DNA from: Heptranchias perlo
Lineage: Eukaryota
NCBI RefSeq assembly: GCF_035084215.1
Contig: NC_090367.1
Location: 1,922,001 to 1,986,000, forward strand
DNA length: 64,000 nucleotides
Direction of reading: 5' to 3'
The notes under the pieces were generated by a model that ran no database searches, was not told the DNA's origin, and saw only the letters and a list, made by a program, of their open reading frames with translations. Positions 50,799-64,000 of this stretch are shown piece after piece (the first letter of the stretch is position 1; every line of letters starts with the position of its first letter). Position numbers and translations under genes: made by a program.

Positions 50799-51394
50799 GT
50801 TGGTACATTGGCACCTACATTACATGCAAACATACAAAAAGAATGGCAAGAAAAGGCAATCAAGCTTGCCCCACCCAGTTGATGGTGCAATCCACAATTC
50901 TATAAAAATAACCACCGGGAAGAGGCAAAAAAAGTAGGAAAAACCTGTGGCCAATTCAGGAAAACTCTGGGAAATGTCTCTCATCCCAGATGTGGCCCTC
51001 AGACTGTGGCAATCTGACCCTCAAAGTCAAGGCAGTTCGGTCCTATTTGTACTTATGTTTCTTACTTGCTTTTTTTGTCCTGTTCTTAATTTTGTGAGCC
51101 TGGAGGTTTAGAGGGCCATTTATAGTGCCGTTGGTTCATTGTTGGATTAAAGCATTTCCTAAATCAGGACATCAAGATCTGTTAGTATCATCAACTTGAG
51201 ATAGATGCAAAATTAATGGGAATATGGAAACTTTATATATGGCCACCAAAGCTCCATGGTATGCATCTATGTGATGCATGAAGAAGAAAGTCTCCCCATC
51301 TTAAAACAACCAAGCTCCAGGAGAATGTAATTGCCTATGATTCATGACAGTCTCTGCTAACTAGCAACTTACCCCTCTGGATGAAGAGAAAATA

Positions 51395-52650
51395 ATTAGA
51401 AGCGGCCAAGACGGATTTCAGAAAGGAAGATCGTGCTTGAAAAACCTGAACCATTAGACAAAAGAATTATTTGAAGAGATGACAGATATCGTGGATGGGG
51501 GAGATGAGGTGGATATGGTGTACATGGACTTTCAGAAAGCCTTTGACAAAGTACCTCACAGGAGAGTATCGGAGAAGATTAAAGGGTTTGGATTCAGGGT
51601 GGGTAGCAAATTGGATTCAAAACTTAGGAAGGAAGAAACAGAGAATTGAGGGCAGTTTCTCCGAGTTTTTGGAAGTGCGTAGCAGTGTCCCACAGGCTTC
51701 TGTCTGGGACCGCTTCCGTTCACTGTGTACATAGGGCTAGAGGGAGTGGTGTGCAAATTTGCAGATGATACTAAAATACGAGGCATAGTAAATAATTCTG
51801 AGGACCAAAGGAAGCTACAAGGGCATATTGATATGGGCAAAAAAGTAGCAGATGGAATTTAATGTCACTAAATGTGAGGTGGTACATTTTGCTGAAAAGG
51901 GGGAAAGCTGGGTGATTATATTTTGAATGGGGGAAAGCTGGGTGCAACAGCAGAGGGATTTGGAGTTTCAGGTTCACAAGACCTTAAAAGCAGTACCTCA
52001 AGTGCACAAGGCCATAAAAAACTAGAGGTATACTGGGTTTTATGGCAAGAGGTATAGAATATAAAAATCAAGATGTAATGGTGAATCTATATAAAACCTT
52101 AGTAACACCAGAGTTGGAGTACTGTTTGCAATTTTGGGCTCTGCACTATAGGAAGAATGTTGGGGCGATATAGAGGGTATGGTGCAGATTCATGAGGAAA
52201 TTCACGAGGCCTGGTATGAGGAAATACAAATATGCAGAAAGACTTGGAAAAATTGGGGCTGTTTTTGTTAGAACAACAGAGATTATGGAGTGATTTAATA
52301 GAGATATTTTAAATTATGAAGGGATGGGGCAAAGTAAATAGAAACTGTCTCCAGTGATTTAGGGGTCCAGCATGAGGGAACACAGATACAAGATTAATGT
52401 AAGATATTTAGGATAGGGGATGGGAGAAACCTTTTTACATAGAGGGGATTGTGAGGCTGTGGAATGCAGTACCAAAGGTAGCAATTGAAGCAGAGACCAT
52501 GTCAACATTTAAGAATAGGTTAGATAGGTGGTTGAACTAAAGGGGAATAAAAGGATTTGGAAACAGAGGGCACAAGCGATTAGGATTGCTGCTCATGTGG
52601 AGGATAAACACCACCTGGATTGTATTGTAATTTCTGTAATTCTATGCAAC
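51395..52650 (+). mobile_element. Degenerate CR1 RT region
   Basis: DFQKAFDKV and KFADDTK fragments; same subfamily as 63265-63955. Confidence 0.85.
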
Positions 52651-53349
52651 TGGAATTGTCCTTTCAGGAACTCGTTAAGTTGCCTTTTAAAGGACTGTAG
52701 CAACTCCATATTTACCAAGTCTTGGCAGTTTATTTCAGACGGCGATGACTTGGCTGTGAAAAATATTTCTTGGCATCTAACCTAATTATTTTTCTATTGA
52801 TTTTATAGGCATGACCTCTAATCCTACTGTAACCTATCCATTTCAAATAATCTATCTAACTGGACTGTATCCAATCCCCACATCATTTATAAAACTTCAA
52901 TCACATTCCCCCTAAGGTGGTTTTTAAATTGTAAAGAAACACCTGTCTGGTACCATGGACAGCTCTTATCAAATTTGTTCTGTAACACTGAGTTAACAAT
53001 CCATTCACTTTTATCCTGCAGGAGATGGTGGGGTGGGGGGAATCATAGTCAAGCTTGGAGGGTGTTATTTACATGACACAACATCTGTACATTGTGACTG
53101 AAATACTGGACAATAGTTTAACTTTTGGGATATTTATGCTGATATGGGATTGCCAGCCATGCAGTTTTGTACCAGGTAGTCTGATGAACCCTTCCTGGAA
53201 TTTATAAAACAATAGACTAGGTACAAAGTCTGATTTTTATTTTCCATTCACATCTGTGTCTCTTGATATGGAGGCATTTACCGGTTATTATGATTTTCAG
53301 TAAGTTCTCATCACCAGCAAAGAAAACATCTTTTAATTGAGTTTTAATT

Positions 53350-54915
53350 GAGTGCTCAGTGCACTGGATACTGCAAAGGTTATGGGCCCCGACAACAGCC
53401 CGGATGTAGTGCTGATGTCCTGTGCTCCAGAACTAGCCAAACTGTTCCAGTACGGCTACAACACTGGACATCTAACCGACAATGTGGAAAATTGCCCAGG
53501 TTTGTCCTGTCCACAAAAAGCAGGACAAATCCAATCCGGCCAATTACTGCCCCATCAGCCTATTCTCAATCATCAGCAAAGTGATGGAAGGTGTCGTTGA
53601 CAGTGCTATCAAGCGGCACTTACTCACCAATAACCTGCTCACCGATGCTCAGTTTGGGTTCCGCCAGGACCACTTGGCTCCAGACCTCATTACAGACTTG
53701 GTCCAAACATGGACAAAAGAGCTGAATTCCAGAGGTGAGGTGAGAGTGACTGCCCTTGACATCAAGGCAGCATTTGACCGAGTGAGGCACCAAGGAGCCC
53801 TAGTAAAATTGAAGTCAATGGGAATCAGGGGGAAAACTCTCCAGTGGCTGGAGTCATACCTAGCACAAAGGAAGATGGTAGTGGTTGTTGGAGGCCAATC
53901 ATCTCAGCCCCAGGACATTGCTGCAGAAGTTCCTCAGGGCAGTGTCCTTGGCCCAACCATCTTCAGCTGCTTCATCAATGACCTTCCCTCCATTATAAGG
54001 TCAGAAATGGGAATGTTCGCTGATGATTGCACAGTGTTCAGTTCCATTCGCAACCCCTCAGATAATGAAGCAGTCCGTGCCTGCATGCAGCAAGACCTGG
54101 ACAACATCCAGGCTTGGGCTGATAAGTGGCAAGTAACATTCGCGCCAGACAAGTGCCAGGCAATGACCATCTTCAACAAGAGAGAGCCTAACCACCTCCC
54201 CTTGACATTCAACGGCATTACCATCGCCGAATCCCCCACCATCAACATCCTGGGGGGTCACCATTGACCAGAAACTTAACTGGACCAGCCATATAAATAC
54301 TGTGGCTACAAGAGCAGGTCAGAGGCTGGGTATTCTGCGGCGAGTGACGCACCTCCTGACTCCCCAAAGCCTTTCCGCCATCTACAAGGCAGAAGTCAGG
54401 AGTGTGATGGAATATTCTCCCCTTGCCTGGATGAGTGCAGCTCCAACAACACTCAAGAAGCTCGACACCATCCAGGACAAAGCAGCCCGCTTGATTGGCA
54501 CCCCATCCATCACCATAGACATTCACTCCCTTCACCACCGGCGCACCGTGGCTGCAGTGAGTACCATCCACAGGATGCACTGCAGCAACCCGCCAAGGCT
54601 TCTTCAACAGCACCTCCCAAACCCGCGACCTCTACCACCTAGAAGGACAAGGGCAGCAGGCGCGAAGGAACACCACCACCTGCACGTTCCCCTCCAAGTC
54701 ACACACCATCCTGACTTGGAAATATATCGCCGTTCCTTCATCGTCACTGGGTCAAAATCCTGGAACTCCCTTCCTAACAGCACTGTGGGAGAACCTTCAC
54801 CACACGGACTGCAGCGGTTCAAGAAGGCGGCTCACCACCACCGTCTCAAGGGCAATTAGGGTTGGGCAATAAATGCTGGCCTTGCCAGCGACGCCCACAT
54901 CCCATGAACGAATTT
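53350..54915 (+). mobile_element. 5'-truncated LINE, same family as 41140-44180
   Basis: ORFs 53482-54267 and 54302-54859 nearly identical to the minus copy; MFADDC; same tail. Confidence 0.95.
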
Positions 54916-56723
54916 TAAAAAATGGCTTTTGACTTGGCAAAAGGTGGCAACCCTATATATCACAAAAGAGCTAAAACTGCCGATGCCATCCACCATGTAA
55001 GTTATAAAGTGTCGATTGCCATCTTTGTGGTTTTGGCACAATGGGGGTGGGGATGCGAGCTAGTTGGGGTGTGAACAGATGTCCTCACTATCCCTGCATA
55101 ATGCTCCTTGCCCTAAACATTTTCTCATGCGATGCTTAGCAACCGACAGCAGTGTCCTCTCCACTGCACTCTATCACCTTTATCACACCATTAGTCTTTG
55201 TTCCTTTTTGCAAGGCTGCTTAAAAACTTCTATATCTAAATTGTTATAAGGTCCTAACATCCACCTCCACTGATTGTACCTCACACTTCCATCCCACATC
55301 TCATATGTTGGCTAAAAGGTGAACATGTGACCCTCAATCATACAGCAGCAATTTTAGTAACAGAGTCAGCAGGTCATGTCGCTATGCAAAATTTCAAATT
55401 TGAATGGTTAATTAAAAAGTTATTCGTTTGATGCAAAGTGACTACAAAATATTACATTTAATACAATTTAGTACAAAATTCTAAGTTATATTAAAAATAT
55501 ATATTTAATTTTTGATCCTCTGGGACCAATCATTTTTAATTCTGATCATGTCTTAAGATTAAGGACCAGATAATTCCAATTTATATTCAGGAGGTTGGCT
55601 CTGAATGCAGATGAAGGGTTATGATCTTCCAGCTCTGACCTGCCCCTTATTACCTGTTACTCGACGGTTGTCAGTGATTGTATTTGCTGGAGAAAGTTCA
55701 CAAAATACAGTTACTGATTAGCCTGGGTAATGAACAGTAAAATATGAATCAGGTTTGGAAGATTGCAACTGTTTCTTTGAGTTCAGATCCAATCTTCTGA
55801 AAAATACATTTTATTTTGAAGATATCCAGAATTTTTTAAAAAAAGAATCTGAGCTGTGAGATTGTGTGAAATTTGTTGAGTTAATAGATTTATTTAAATA
55901 ACTTGTGTTGTTTCTATATTAAAATAAATTCAGTTTATTATCTTGAAACCTGTGCATCAGCTTTAAAGCACTTTTTAAAATTAATTAATAGAAAATTTTC
56001 AGTTCAGGGAATATGCTGTATTCCATTACCGAGATGCCTTGTGACCTCAGCTGAACTGATGGTTTGTAAGATATGTTCACCCTTCAGTCTGTTTACCTTT
56101 TTCCAGTTTTTTTCCTTTCCTGAAGCCACTGACTCCTGTCGGGGCATAGCTCCATGGATACGAGCTCTCTGGTACCTTACTCAAGTAGCCCTTCTTCATG
56201 TGAACTTAGGCAGTAAGACTATTTGAGAGTAGGGGGCATCATAGCGGAACTTATCATGTTCATGCATGTGCATATCTGAGCAGGTGTCACAGGACCACAA
56301 TCAGGAGCAGGAATCCTGGACAATATTTTCCCCCTCTCCCTGGCCCAGGGTCACAGAGGTGAATTGTAGCACCTCTCTGCTATCCAAGCTGAGATCAGCC
56401 AACTCAGCACCGACTGGGAATAAAATCTTGCTTATGCTGAAATCATTCAGGATGGTGGTAGGCATGTGACACTGGTCTTAGTGTCCCTGAGTTAGGAATG
56501 GGAAAATTCAGGCATACTTCCCATTCCTGAATGCTATACAGTGATCTCCTTCCCTAAGCTGAGGCACTGAAGCCAATTGTGTCAGACCAGGGACTAAACC
56601 TGGGACCTTCCTGATCTGTATAGATTGGTACCACATCAGATAGCGCATTTACTACTGAACAAATGAGAAAGCTATCCTCATAGTTTTCTAAAATCATCTG
56701 AAGTAGATTGGAAAAATCAAAGG

Positions 56724-58332
56724 GATGTTGAAGTTAATCATAGTTCTTTCGAAAGACTTATGGAAGCAAGACAATCTCTTCAATTAGAATGAGAAAGCAA
56801 CGAGAACCTGAGATGGGTGAAAAAGATAACGGAGTACAAATGGGATACAAATATAAGAGGGCATGCTGGAAAACATGGCTTGTGAGAAAGAGTACTTGGA
56901 TGAGAAGAGAAATGGACAATGGATGCAGGGCAGTATTTGGCAAAACTGGAATAAAAACCACCGAAAATGCTGAAAATCTGAAATAAAAACTGCAAAGCTG
57001 GAAATGGAAAGCATTTCAATCTGTCAGAAACTTGCTTCCATCTGAAACATTGATCTCTGTCTTTTTCAGATGCTGACTGACGTATTCATTTCCAACATTT
57101 TCTGTTGGATAAGATTGGAACTGATAAATAGAGTTGAAGTATATAGACATTTCTTTGGAACTCTGCTAACCTCAACAGAAATAATATAATTCCGATTGGT
57201 ACTGTGAGCGGTAATGAATATGAATGACAGTATTTCATTAATTTTGCTATCACTTGCAATATTCATCACTGTTTTTCTCAACCCTTCAGTTTCATTATTC
57301 TGTGGCTGCACCAATCTATTACTGCTGGTCAAGGCAGCAGATTTCCTGAGAAAGGGTGGCTAAGTCAGTGCTTTTAACATCCTTTTTAATTGTGAGGGTA
57401 ACATTGTTTTTCTTTCCAAACCATGTGGTCAAGAGGCTGGTGGTGCAATCTGCTCCCAGGATTCCCCAAGCACTGCTGTAAAACCAGTCACTAGGAGGTC
57501 CACAAAAACAACATCTGGGATGACTATGCCTTGAAATTTACTCTCCTTTCCTATAGGAAACCACCGAGCCTCTGCTGGGCACTTTAACCTAGGAATTCTG
57601 TAGTGCCTTGGAATAACCCAGGTCTGCTTACTCACTCATTTGAAATGAAACTTTTAAAAAATCTTAATTTAAAAATCAACACTATTTTGACACACCTAAC
57701 TCTGAAAAGCAAATAACGACCCCATGTGTAACAGGTTCGGCTGCTTTCCGTTTCCAGCATTGTCATTTTTATTTCAGATTTTCAACATTTGCAGTTTTTC
57801 TTTTTATTCCAATTCTGCCAAATATTGCCCAGCATCCTTTGCCCATTTCTCTTTTCCTCTGAATACCCTTTCTCACAAACCATGTTTTCCAGCATGCCCT
57901 TCATGTTTCTATCCATAGAGCTAGGCCATTCAGGAATGAAATCAGGAAGCACCTTTTCACAAAAAGGGTAGCAGAGAACTAGAGCTCCCTCCCCAAAAGG
58001 ATGTGGAGGCTGGGGGACAATTGGAGCTTTCAAGACTGAGAAGGATAGATTTTTGTTAGGTAAGGATATCAAGGGATATGGAGCAAAGGCAGGTAAATGG
58101 AGTTGAGGTGCATATCAGCCCTGATTTAATTGAATAGCGGAGCAGGCTCAAGGGGTTAAATGGCTTCCTCCTGTTCCATATATTCCTATCCCATTTGCTG
58201 TTCTTTTCAAGTTTTTTTTGCCCTCCATGATCTTTTTCACCCCTCTCATCCTGGCAACCCTTCTTGTTGTTTTCTCATTCTAACTGTAGAGGTTACCTTG
58301 CTTTCATGTCTTTCAAAAGAAACTTCAGCATC
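56724..58332. repeat. Element with ~290-bp degenerate inverted arms; right arm interrupted by a CR1 tail
   Basis: 56724-57013 is reverse-complementary to 57742-57914 plus 58186-58332. Confidence 0.75.
57915..58185 (+). mobile_element. CR1 3' fragment inserted into the inverted arm
   Basis: CR1 tail GGCTCAAGGGGTTAAATGGCTTCCTCCTGTTCC; TT(T/C)CTATCC on both sides (possible TSD). Confidence 0.75.
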
Positions 58333-60344
58333 GGTTTGCCGTATGTCATGTGCTCTCTACCCTTAACATTTAATCTAAAATATGCTTGACTGTAACAGTT
58401 TATTGGCCCCAACTTAACCTCAGATTACCCAAAATCTTTTATTACTTTCTATTCTGTTTGTATCCTATCTCAGTTGCCATTTTTTTAAGGCATATTCTCC
58501 CTATGCTTCTCTTTTGGCTTCTGTCTTCAATCCTTTTCTCCTTTTTCGTATGCATTAATTTCAGATTATGTTTTGAATATTAACGTTACAAATGTGATAA
58601 TACTACTAAATGCCTGCTGGTGGTGCTGTTGATCTAACAGAAAGTCTGTTCCCCTCAGCACCACCTGCAGACTCTGTATTGTCCTTCTTTCCAACTTCTA
58701 AAATCAACCTATTCTCAAGACCATAATTTTTGCAGTGATTCTAGAAATGCAAAATGTCAAGACACAAAACGTATTGAGGTCTGCTATAAATCATCACCTG
58801 TGCTAAGTATAGAGTGAGGTGGTTGCATAGTAATTGGCACCCAGAGTCCCTCGCCATTTGGGTAAATTAAAGGTTGGTTCTAGGAAACAGGTTCTTTCAA
58901 GAGTATTTCATTTTTATTAACGCTTTTAAAGATTCCTTGCACAGTAGCCCAGATCAGTTGCTCGATAAGTAACTGCCCAGAAATACCTGGAAAGAATAGA
59001 ACCTTCTTACTCGAGCACTGTGCAGTCCATATATACACATAGTGAGCTGAGCTCATACTTCTGCTTTGTAGACATATGCACAAAAACATTTTACCTGAGG
59101 CATTTCTAAAGGTGGGGGGCAGAAGAGGGAAGAAATATTTAATGTGATGTATAAGGATGTGGAATGGAAATGATAAAAGCTTGTGATAGTACAACTGGTA
59201 CTTCAATACGTCAGTGTTGTAGTTACAGGAATATATTTTGTTTAAATGGTTAATGCTGATGACAACATGTCAGTTGGGAGCATTCACTGAGCCTTGCAGT
59301 ATGAGCAAGGAGTTAAATTAACATCGATAGTGATATAGTTGGAAAGGGGGGCCCTTCAGCTTCAACTATTTGCATTTTAGTAACTTCCCATGTTTCAGTA
59401 CCTTATTTACCCCCCTCTTCCAACTTGGTCTAAGGTTGTTAAAGTTGAATTAAAATTTCAAAATGGATTTCTTGGTGGGAATTGGATTGAAGGGATCTAT
59501 GTTTTCATCTACTGCTTTGAGACTGAGATTCTTAATCTACTCCCGCCATAATCTCAGTCCAGATTACTTTTTTGATGTGTTTTGTGTTCATCAAGTTGAG
59601 GGATGTTGGTGCTCGGCATCAGTAGTGAATAATTGCTGTAGGTTGATTTATTTTCCTTGTTATATATTCTGAAAATTCCCAAACAAATAAGTTTTTTTTA
59701 AAAATGGGGTGCTGATGGTGTTGCTCGCTGTTGAAATCAGAAATGAATGGCTGAAAGTTAACCAAATGTGTATTAGTGCTTTTGAAAGATGACATAACAC
59801 TAATTTGTAATGCCCACTCCTCCTCTTCTCTTCCAAAAGCATTGACTTATGCTGCTAAAAGGGCGCACAGGTACAGGATGGTCTCCAGTACCTTGTCCAA
59901 GTGGCTATTCTTAATGTGAGCCTAGACAGCGATTGATAACAGACTACTTTATCTGGCCACTAGACAATGATCAGGAGTGAGAACCCTGGCGGATTTTTTT
60001 TCTCTCTGCTGACTAACCCAACGATGCTGAGGCCAATTTAGCACCTTAGTTGTCACCCTGGCTAAGATTGATAAATTCATTAGATGCTGAGAGTTGCGAC
60101 CTTCTCATCTGTTTGGCCCAATTTACCATAAGCCCTTTGCCCCCTCCAACCTTTCAGGTTGTAACTGATTATAAATAATAAAATGGTAGTGATGACCTAA
60201 TGGAATGTAACCTTTTGATGATTTTGTGGATTCTTGCTGTTTACTCTGTTATTGCTTTATCAGTTTTTGATTAAACAGAGATAAAAAGAAAGACTATAAA
60301 TGCTGAAAATCTGAGAAAAAACAACGTTCTGGAAATTCACAGTA

Positions 60345-60600
60345 ACATAGAATCATAGAATCTTACAGCACAGAAGGAGGCCATTCGGCCCATCATGCCT
60401 GTGCCAGCTCTTTGAAAAAGCTAAGCAATTGGTCCCACTTCCCCCACTGCCCTTTCCCCATAGCCCTGCAAATTTTTCCTTTTCAAGTATATATCCAATT
60501 CCCTTTTGAAAGTTACTATTGAATCTGCTTCTACCACCCTGTCAGGCAATGCATTCCAGATCAGGACAACTCACAGTGTAAAAAATGTTCTTCTCATCTC
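60345..60600 (-). mobile_element. CR1 3' end
   Basis: CATAGAATCATAGAATC tail. Confidence 0.85.
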
Positions 60601-60984
60601 CCTCTTGATCAACATCTGAAAGGTATAGTCAGTATGATGCTGAGGGCCTCTTGTGCACTTTTTTTATTTCTTAACTACAGATGTGTGTGTGTCAAAAATG
60701 ACAATTTAAAAAAAAATATTATTCTATCCCAAAGTTCCTACTCACTTTCTCTCGACTTGTTTTGCCTACGGCCACTAGACTTTATGCTGATGAATATATT
60801 TGAGTCTGCTTGGAGAGCTCCGGGACTATTTACAATACATTTTGTCATGTATTTTTCCATTTGATCTGTTAAGTGTTTTCACTGAACCACTGAGACTATT
60901 ACCCAATTCTCCTTTCCGCAATATGTCTGTAAATAGGATTTGACATTTGTAGTAAGCCTACAATGTTCTAGATGCATGTGTCAA

Positions 60985-61335
60985 GCTCCCCTGATTGCTC
61001 AGCTGGTTAAAGTAGTATGTAGTTGCGCTATCTAGACCAGGAAGGGCTCAGGTTTGATAACCAGACTGTGCTGCATTAACTGATCTCAATCTGAGTGGCT
61101 GTAAGGGCATTACAATTGCTTTCTGCATTACTGGTCCTTGCTTCTGGTATATTATCCTTTGACACCTGCTAGATGTCAAGTGAGATCAGATCTGACTTGG
61201 CTGTAATGTCCTCCCCTCCCCCCAAACATGGTAATCTGTCCTGCTGATGCTCATTGTTTAGGATTAAAGGTGACAATTATTATCTGGACAAGGTACAGGA
61301 AACTAGCTGACTCCCATGGAACCATAATCCAGAAA
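60985..61335 (+). mobile_element. AmnSINE2-like SINE
   Basis: GCTCAGCTGGTTAA...AGACCAGGAAGG...CAGGTTTGAT...TGATCTCA. Confidence 0.6.
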
Positions 61336-61769
61336 AGTGGGAAAATTGACAGAAAAAGGATTTTAAAAAAAACTGAAGCTCATCTGTCACCAGGGTCTTT
61401 AGAATTCTATGGTACCTCAAGGCCAATTTCTGTGACAGTCCAACTAGGTTCTGCAGAGAAAGAATGTGGACTCTGTAGTGGGTTGATCCAATTGCTATGA
61501 CACATTATTGTGTGGTTCACACATTTATATCTTAAAGAAATTGTAACAGTGAAGAGTGGCAGGAAAATAACAAAGAAGCTGCTTACAAACTCCAGGCAGC
61601 ATATAATTACAATTACAATCATTTTACAGCAAAAAAGCAAACAAAAAACTTGCCAATTTTACATGTATCCTCTTATTACCCCTATAAATTGCTAACACAA
61701 TTCTTAGAACATTATCATAAAAGGAAAAACATGCTCATTTAAAGATTAATTTCTTTCCAATCGTAGCCA

Positions 61770-62565
61770 GAGCATCTCCAGCAGTGGCTTCTCTTCCCAC
61801 CCCTGCAATGTTACCTCTGGAGTCCGCCAAGGATCGATCCTTGGTCCCCTCTTCGTCCTCATCTACAAGCTGCCCCTCGGCAACTTCATCCAAAGATATG
61901 GGTGAGTTGAGTTTCGGACCCTATATCCTCTCCATCATGAAATCCGCCTACTTCCAACAAAGCCCACTTTAGCCCCTGCCTCAGCCCATCAGCTGCTGAA
62001 ACTCTCATCTGTACCTTTTTCGCCTCCTGACTCAACTATTCCAATGCTCTCCTGGCCAGCCTCCCATCCCTCCATGCTCTGTAAACTTCAGCTCAACCAA
62101 AACTCTGCTATCTGTATCCTATCCTACACCAGATCCCGCTCACCCATTACTCCTTACTGACCTACATTGTCTCCCTGTCCCCAATGCCTCCAATATAAAA
62201 TTCTCACCTTCATGTTTAAATCCCTTCACGGCCTTGCTCCTCCTGCAATCTCCGCCAGCTATACAACTCTCCCAGAACTCTCCATTTTTCTGACTTTGGC
62301 TCCTTGTGCATACCCACTCCTTTTGCCTCACCATTGCCGGCTGTGCCATCCGCTGTCTAGACCCAGTGTTCTGGAATAGCCTCCCTAAGGCACTCCGCCT
62401 CTCCATCTTTTAAGACCCTTCTGAAAACCCACCTCTTTGACCAAACTTTTGATGACTCCTCCTAATATTTCATTCTCTGCCTCAGTGCCCATTTTTGTCT
62501 GATTACGCCTCTGTGAAGCACCTTGGGACGTTCTTCTATGTTAAAGGTGAAATATAATTGCATGT
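61770..62565 (+). mobile_element. L2-type LINE 3' portion
   Basis: GVRQGSILGPL-like RT motif; YKILTFMFKSLHGLAP; L2 tail. Confidence 0.78.
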
Positions 62566-63264
62566 TTTTTTACAGCATTACTCAAAAAAAAATTAAAAAT
62601 AAACTTAAATGATATATGGTATGTTAAATCACATGTATATTAAACATAGATCTGTAGGAAACCAAATTAAACGCTCAATTTAAAAAAAAAGTACCTTTAG
62701 CAGTAGAGCAGTAATCTTTTGTAGGTGGTGCTGTTCAGTCACATGCAAGTCCTGCAGAGCAATAGTGGATCTGTAACTGAGAGCAGGCCTTTTATATGCT
62801 CCCTAGAAGCTGTCAACGCTTTCTTTGTTATTTTCCCACTGTGCTTTGCTGTGCTGCCATCTGATTGGTTCATTGATATCAAATGCTATTTTGAAATGCA
62901 AAAGAGCAGTTATATATAACACGACAGCCATTTTCTGTTCTTTATTTTTATCTTTTAAAAAATATTTTATGTTAAAAATGGGTTTTCCATTGTGGGGGAG
63001 AAACTCTGTTGTTAGTTAGGCAAGTGATGCTGCAAAATTGCAGAGTGCTAGGGGCTCTTGTTATTGTTGTAAGCAAAAATAGACCAGGTAACACGTCGGG
63101 TTGAAATGGGAAGCAGGAAGTCGCTGATCAAATGAAGCTATAAGTATCGCTGTGTTGAAATCACTACCTATCACACACAGTATCCTTAACTCATTCTTTC
63201 CCAGGACTTCAAAACTGTGAAACTCCTTACTTCCCTCAGTCATCCCTTCATCCCGCAGTTCATG

Positions 63265-63955
63265 TCCAAATTTGCAGAGCATAATAAAATAGGAGGCATA
63301 GTAAATAATTTTGAGGACTGAAGAAAGCTGCAAGGAGATAATAATATGGTGGAATGGGCAAAAAAGAGGTGGATGGAATTTAGTGTCAGTAAATATAAGA
63401 TGGTACATTTTGGTAAAAAAGAATAAACTTTGAATGGGGGAAAGCTGGGTGATGTGGAAGAGCAGAGGAATTTGAGTTTCAAGTTCATGAGACCTTAAAA
63501 GCAGCAGCTCAAATGAATAAGGCCATAAAAAAGCTGATGGAATGCTGGGTTTTATGGCAAGATGTATAGATGTAATGCTAAATCTATATAAAACTTTAGT
63601 AAAACGAGGTTTAGGGCTCCATACTGTAGGAAGGATGTTGAGGCAAGAGAGAGGGTACAGTGCAGTCATTAGAATGCTGCCTGGTGTGAGGAAATACAAA
63701 TATGCAGAAATTGGGACTTTTTTTTTTAGAACAGTAGAGATTATGGATTGACTTAATAGAGATGTTTTAAATTATGAACAAATGAAACAGAGCAGATAGA
63801 AACGGACCATTTCCAGTGATTGAGGAGTCTACAACGAGGGAGGCAAAACTTGTTCTACACAGAGGGTTGTGAGTTTGTGGAATGTACCACCAGAGTTAAT
63901 GATTGAAGCAGAGACCATGTCAACATTTAAGAATAGGTTAGATAGGTGGTTCAAG
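63265..63955 (+). mobile_element. Degenerate CR1 RT/3' region
   Basis: MLGFMAR...NLYKTLV; similar to 51760-52540. Confidence 0.8.
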
Positions 63956-64000
63956 GACCCCGATCCTGATCCCGGACCCGAACCCCAGACCCACTTACCT

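Noticed and set aside
63061-63699. 212-aa minus-strand ORF
   Set aside because: Largely antisense of a decayed CR1
50799-64000. FLRT1 or further MACROD1 exons
   Set aside because: No LRR ORF or NSSLLGGGGVDG exon seen; presumably beyond the window

Overview
Vertebrate genomic DNA. The repeat landscape (CR1/L2-group LINEs, Deu-domain, AmnSINE2-like and LF-SINE-like SINEs) suggests a cartilaginous fish (inference). The window holds a complete 14-exon STIP1 (Hop) gene on the minus strand (CDS 32812->7125, 1632 nt, 543 aa, all introns GT-AG). STIP1 lies head-to-head with exons 1-3 of MACROD1 on the plus strand (35307-50798; the rest of that gene is beyond the window). Most notable: an intact, intronless RILPL2-like ORF (40698->40135, 187 aa) nested antisense in MACROD1 intron 2, with a candidate spliced 5'UTR, an RFX X-box, an M-box and a polyA signal, i.e. 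a probable domesticated retrogene. Other observations: inverted LINE pairs bracketing STIP1 exons 3-7 and MACROD1 exon 3; an ORF1-less LINE whose 5' leader matches the body of local SINEs; an 8x42-bp minisatellite made from a CR1 3' tail just upstream of MACROD1; and several long hairpins. Exon coordinates were read from splice sites. Repeat boundaries and family names are approximate, made by eye. Most short ORFs in the supplied track are repeat-derived or noise.
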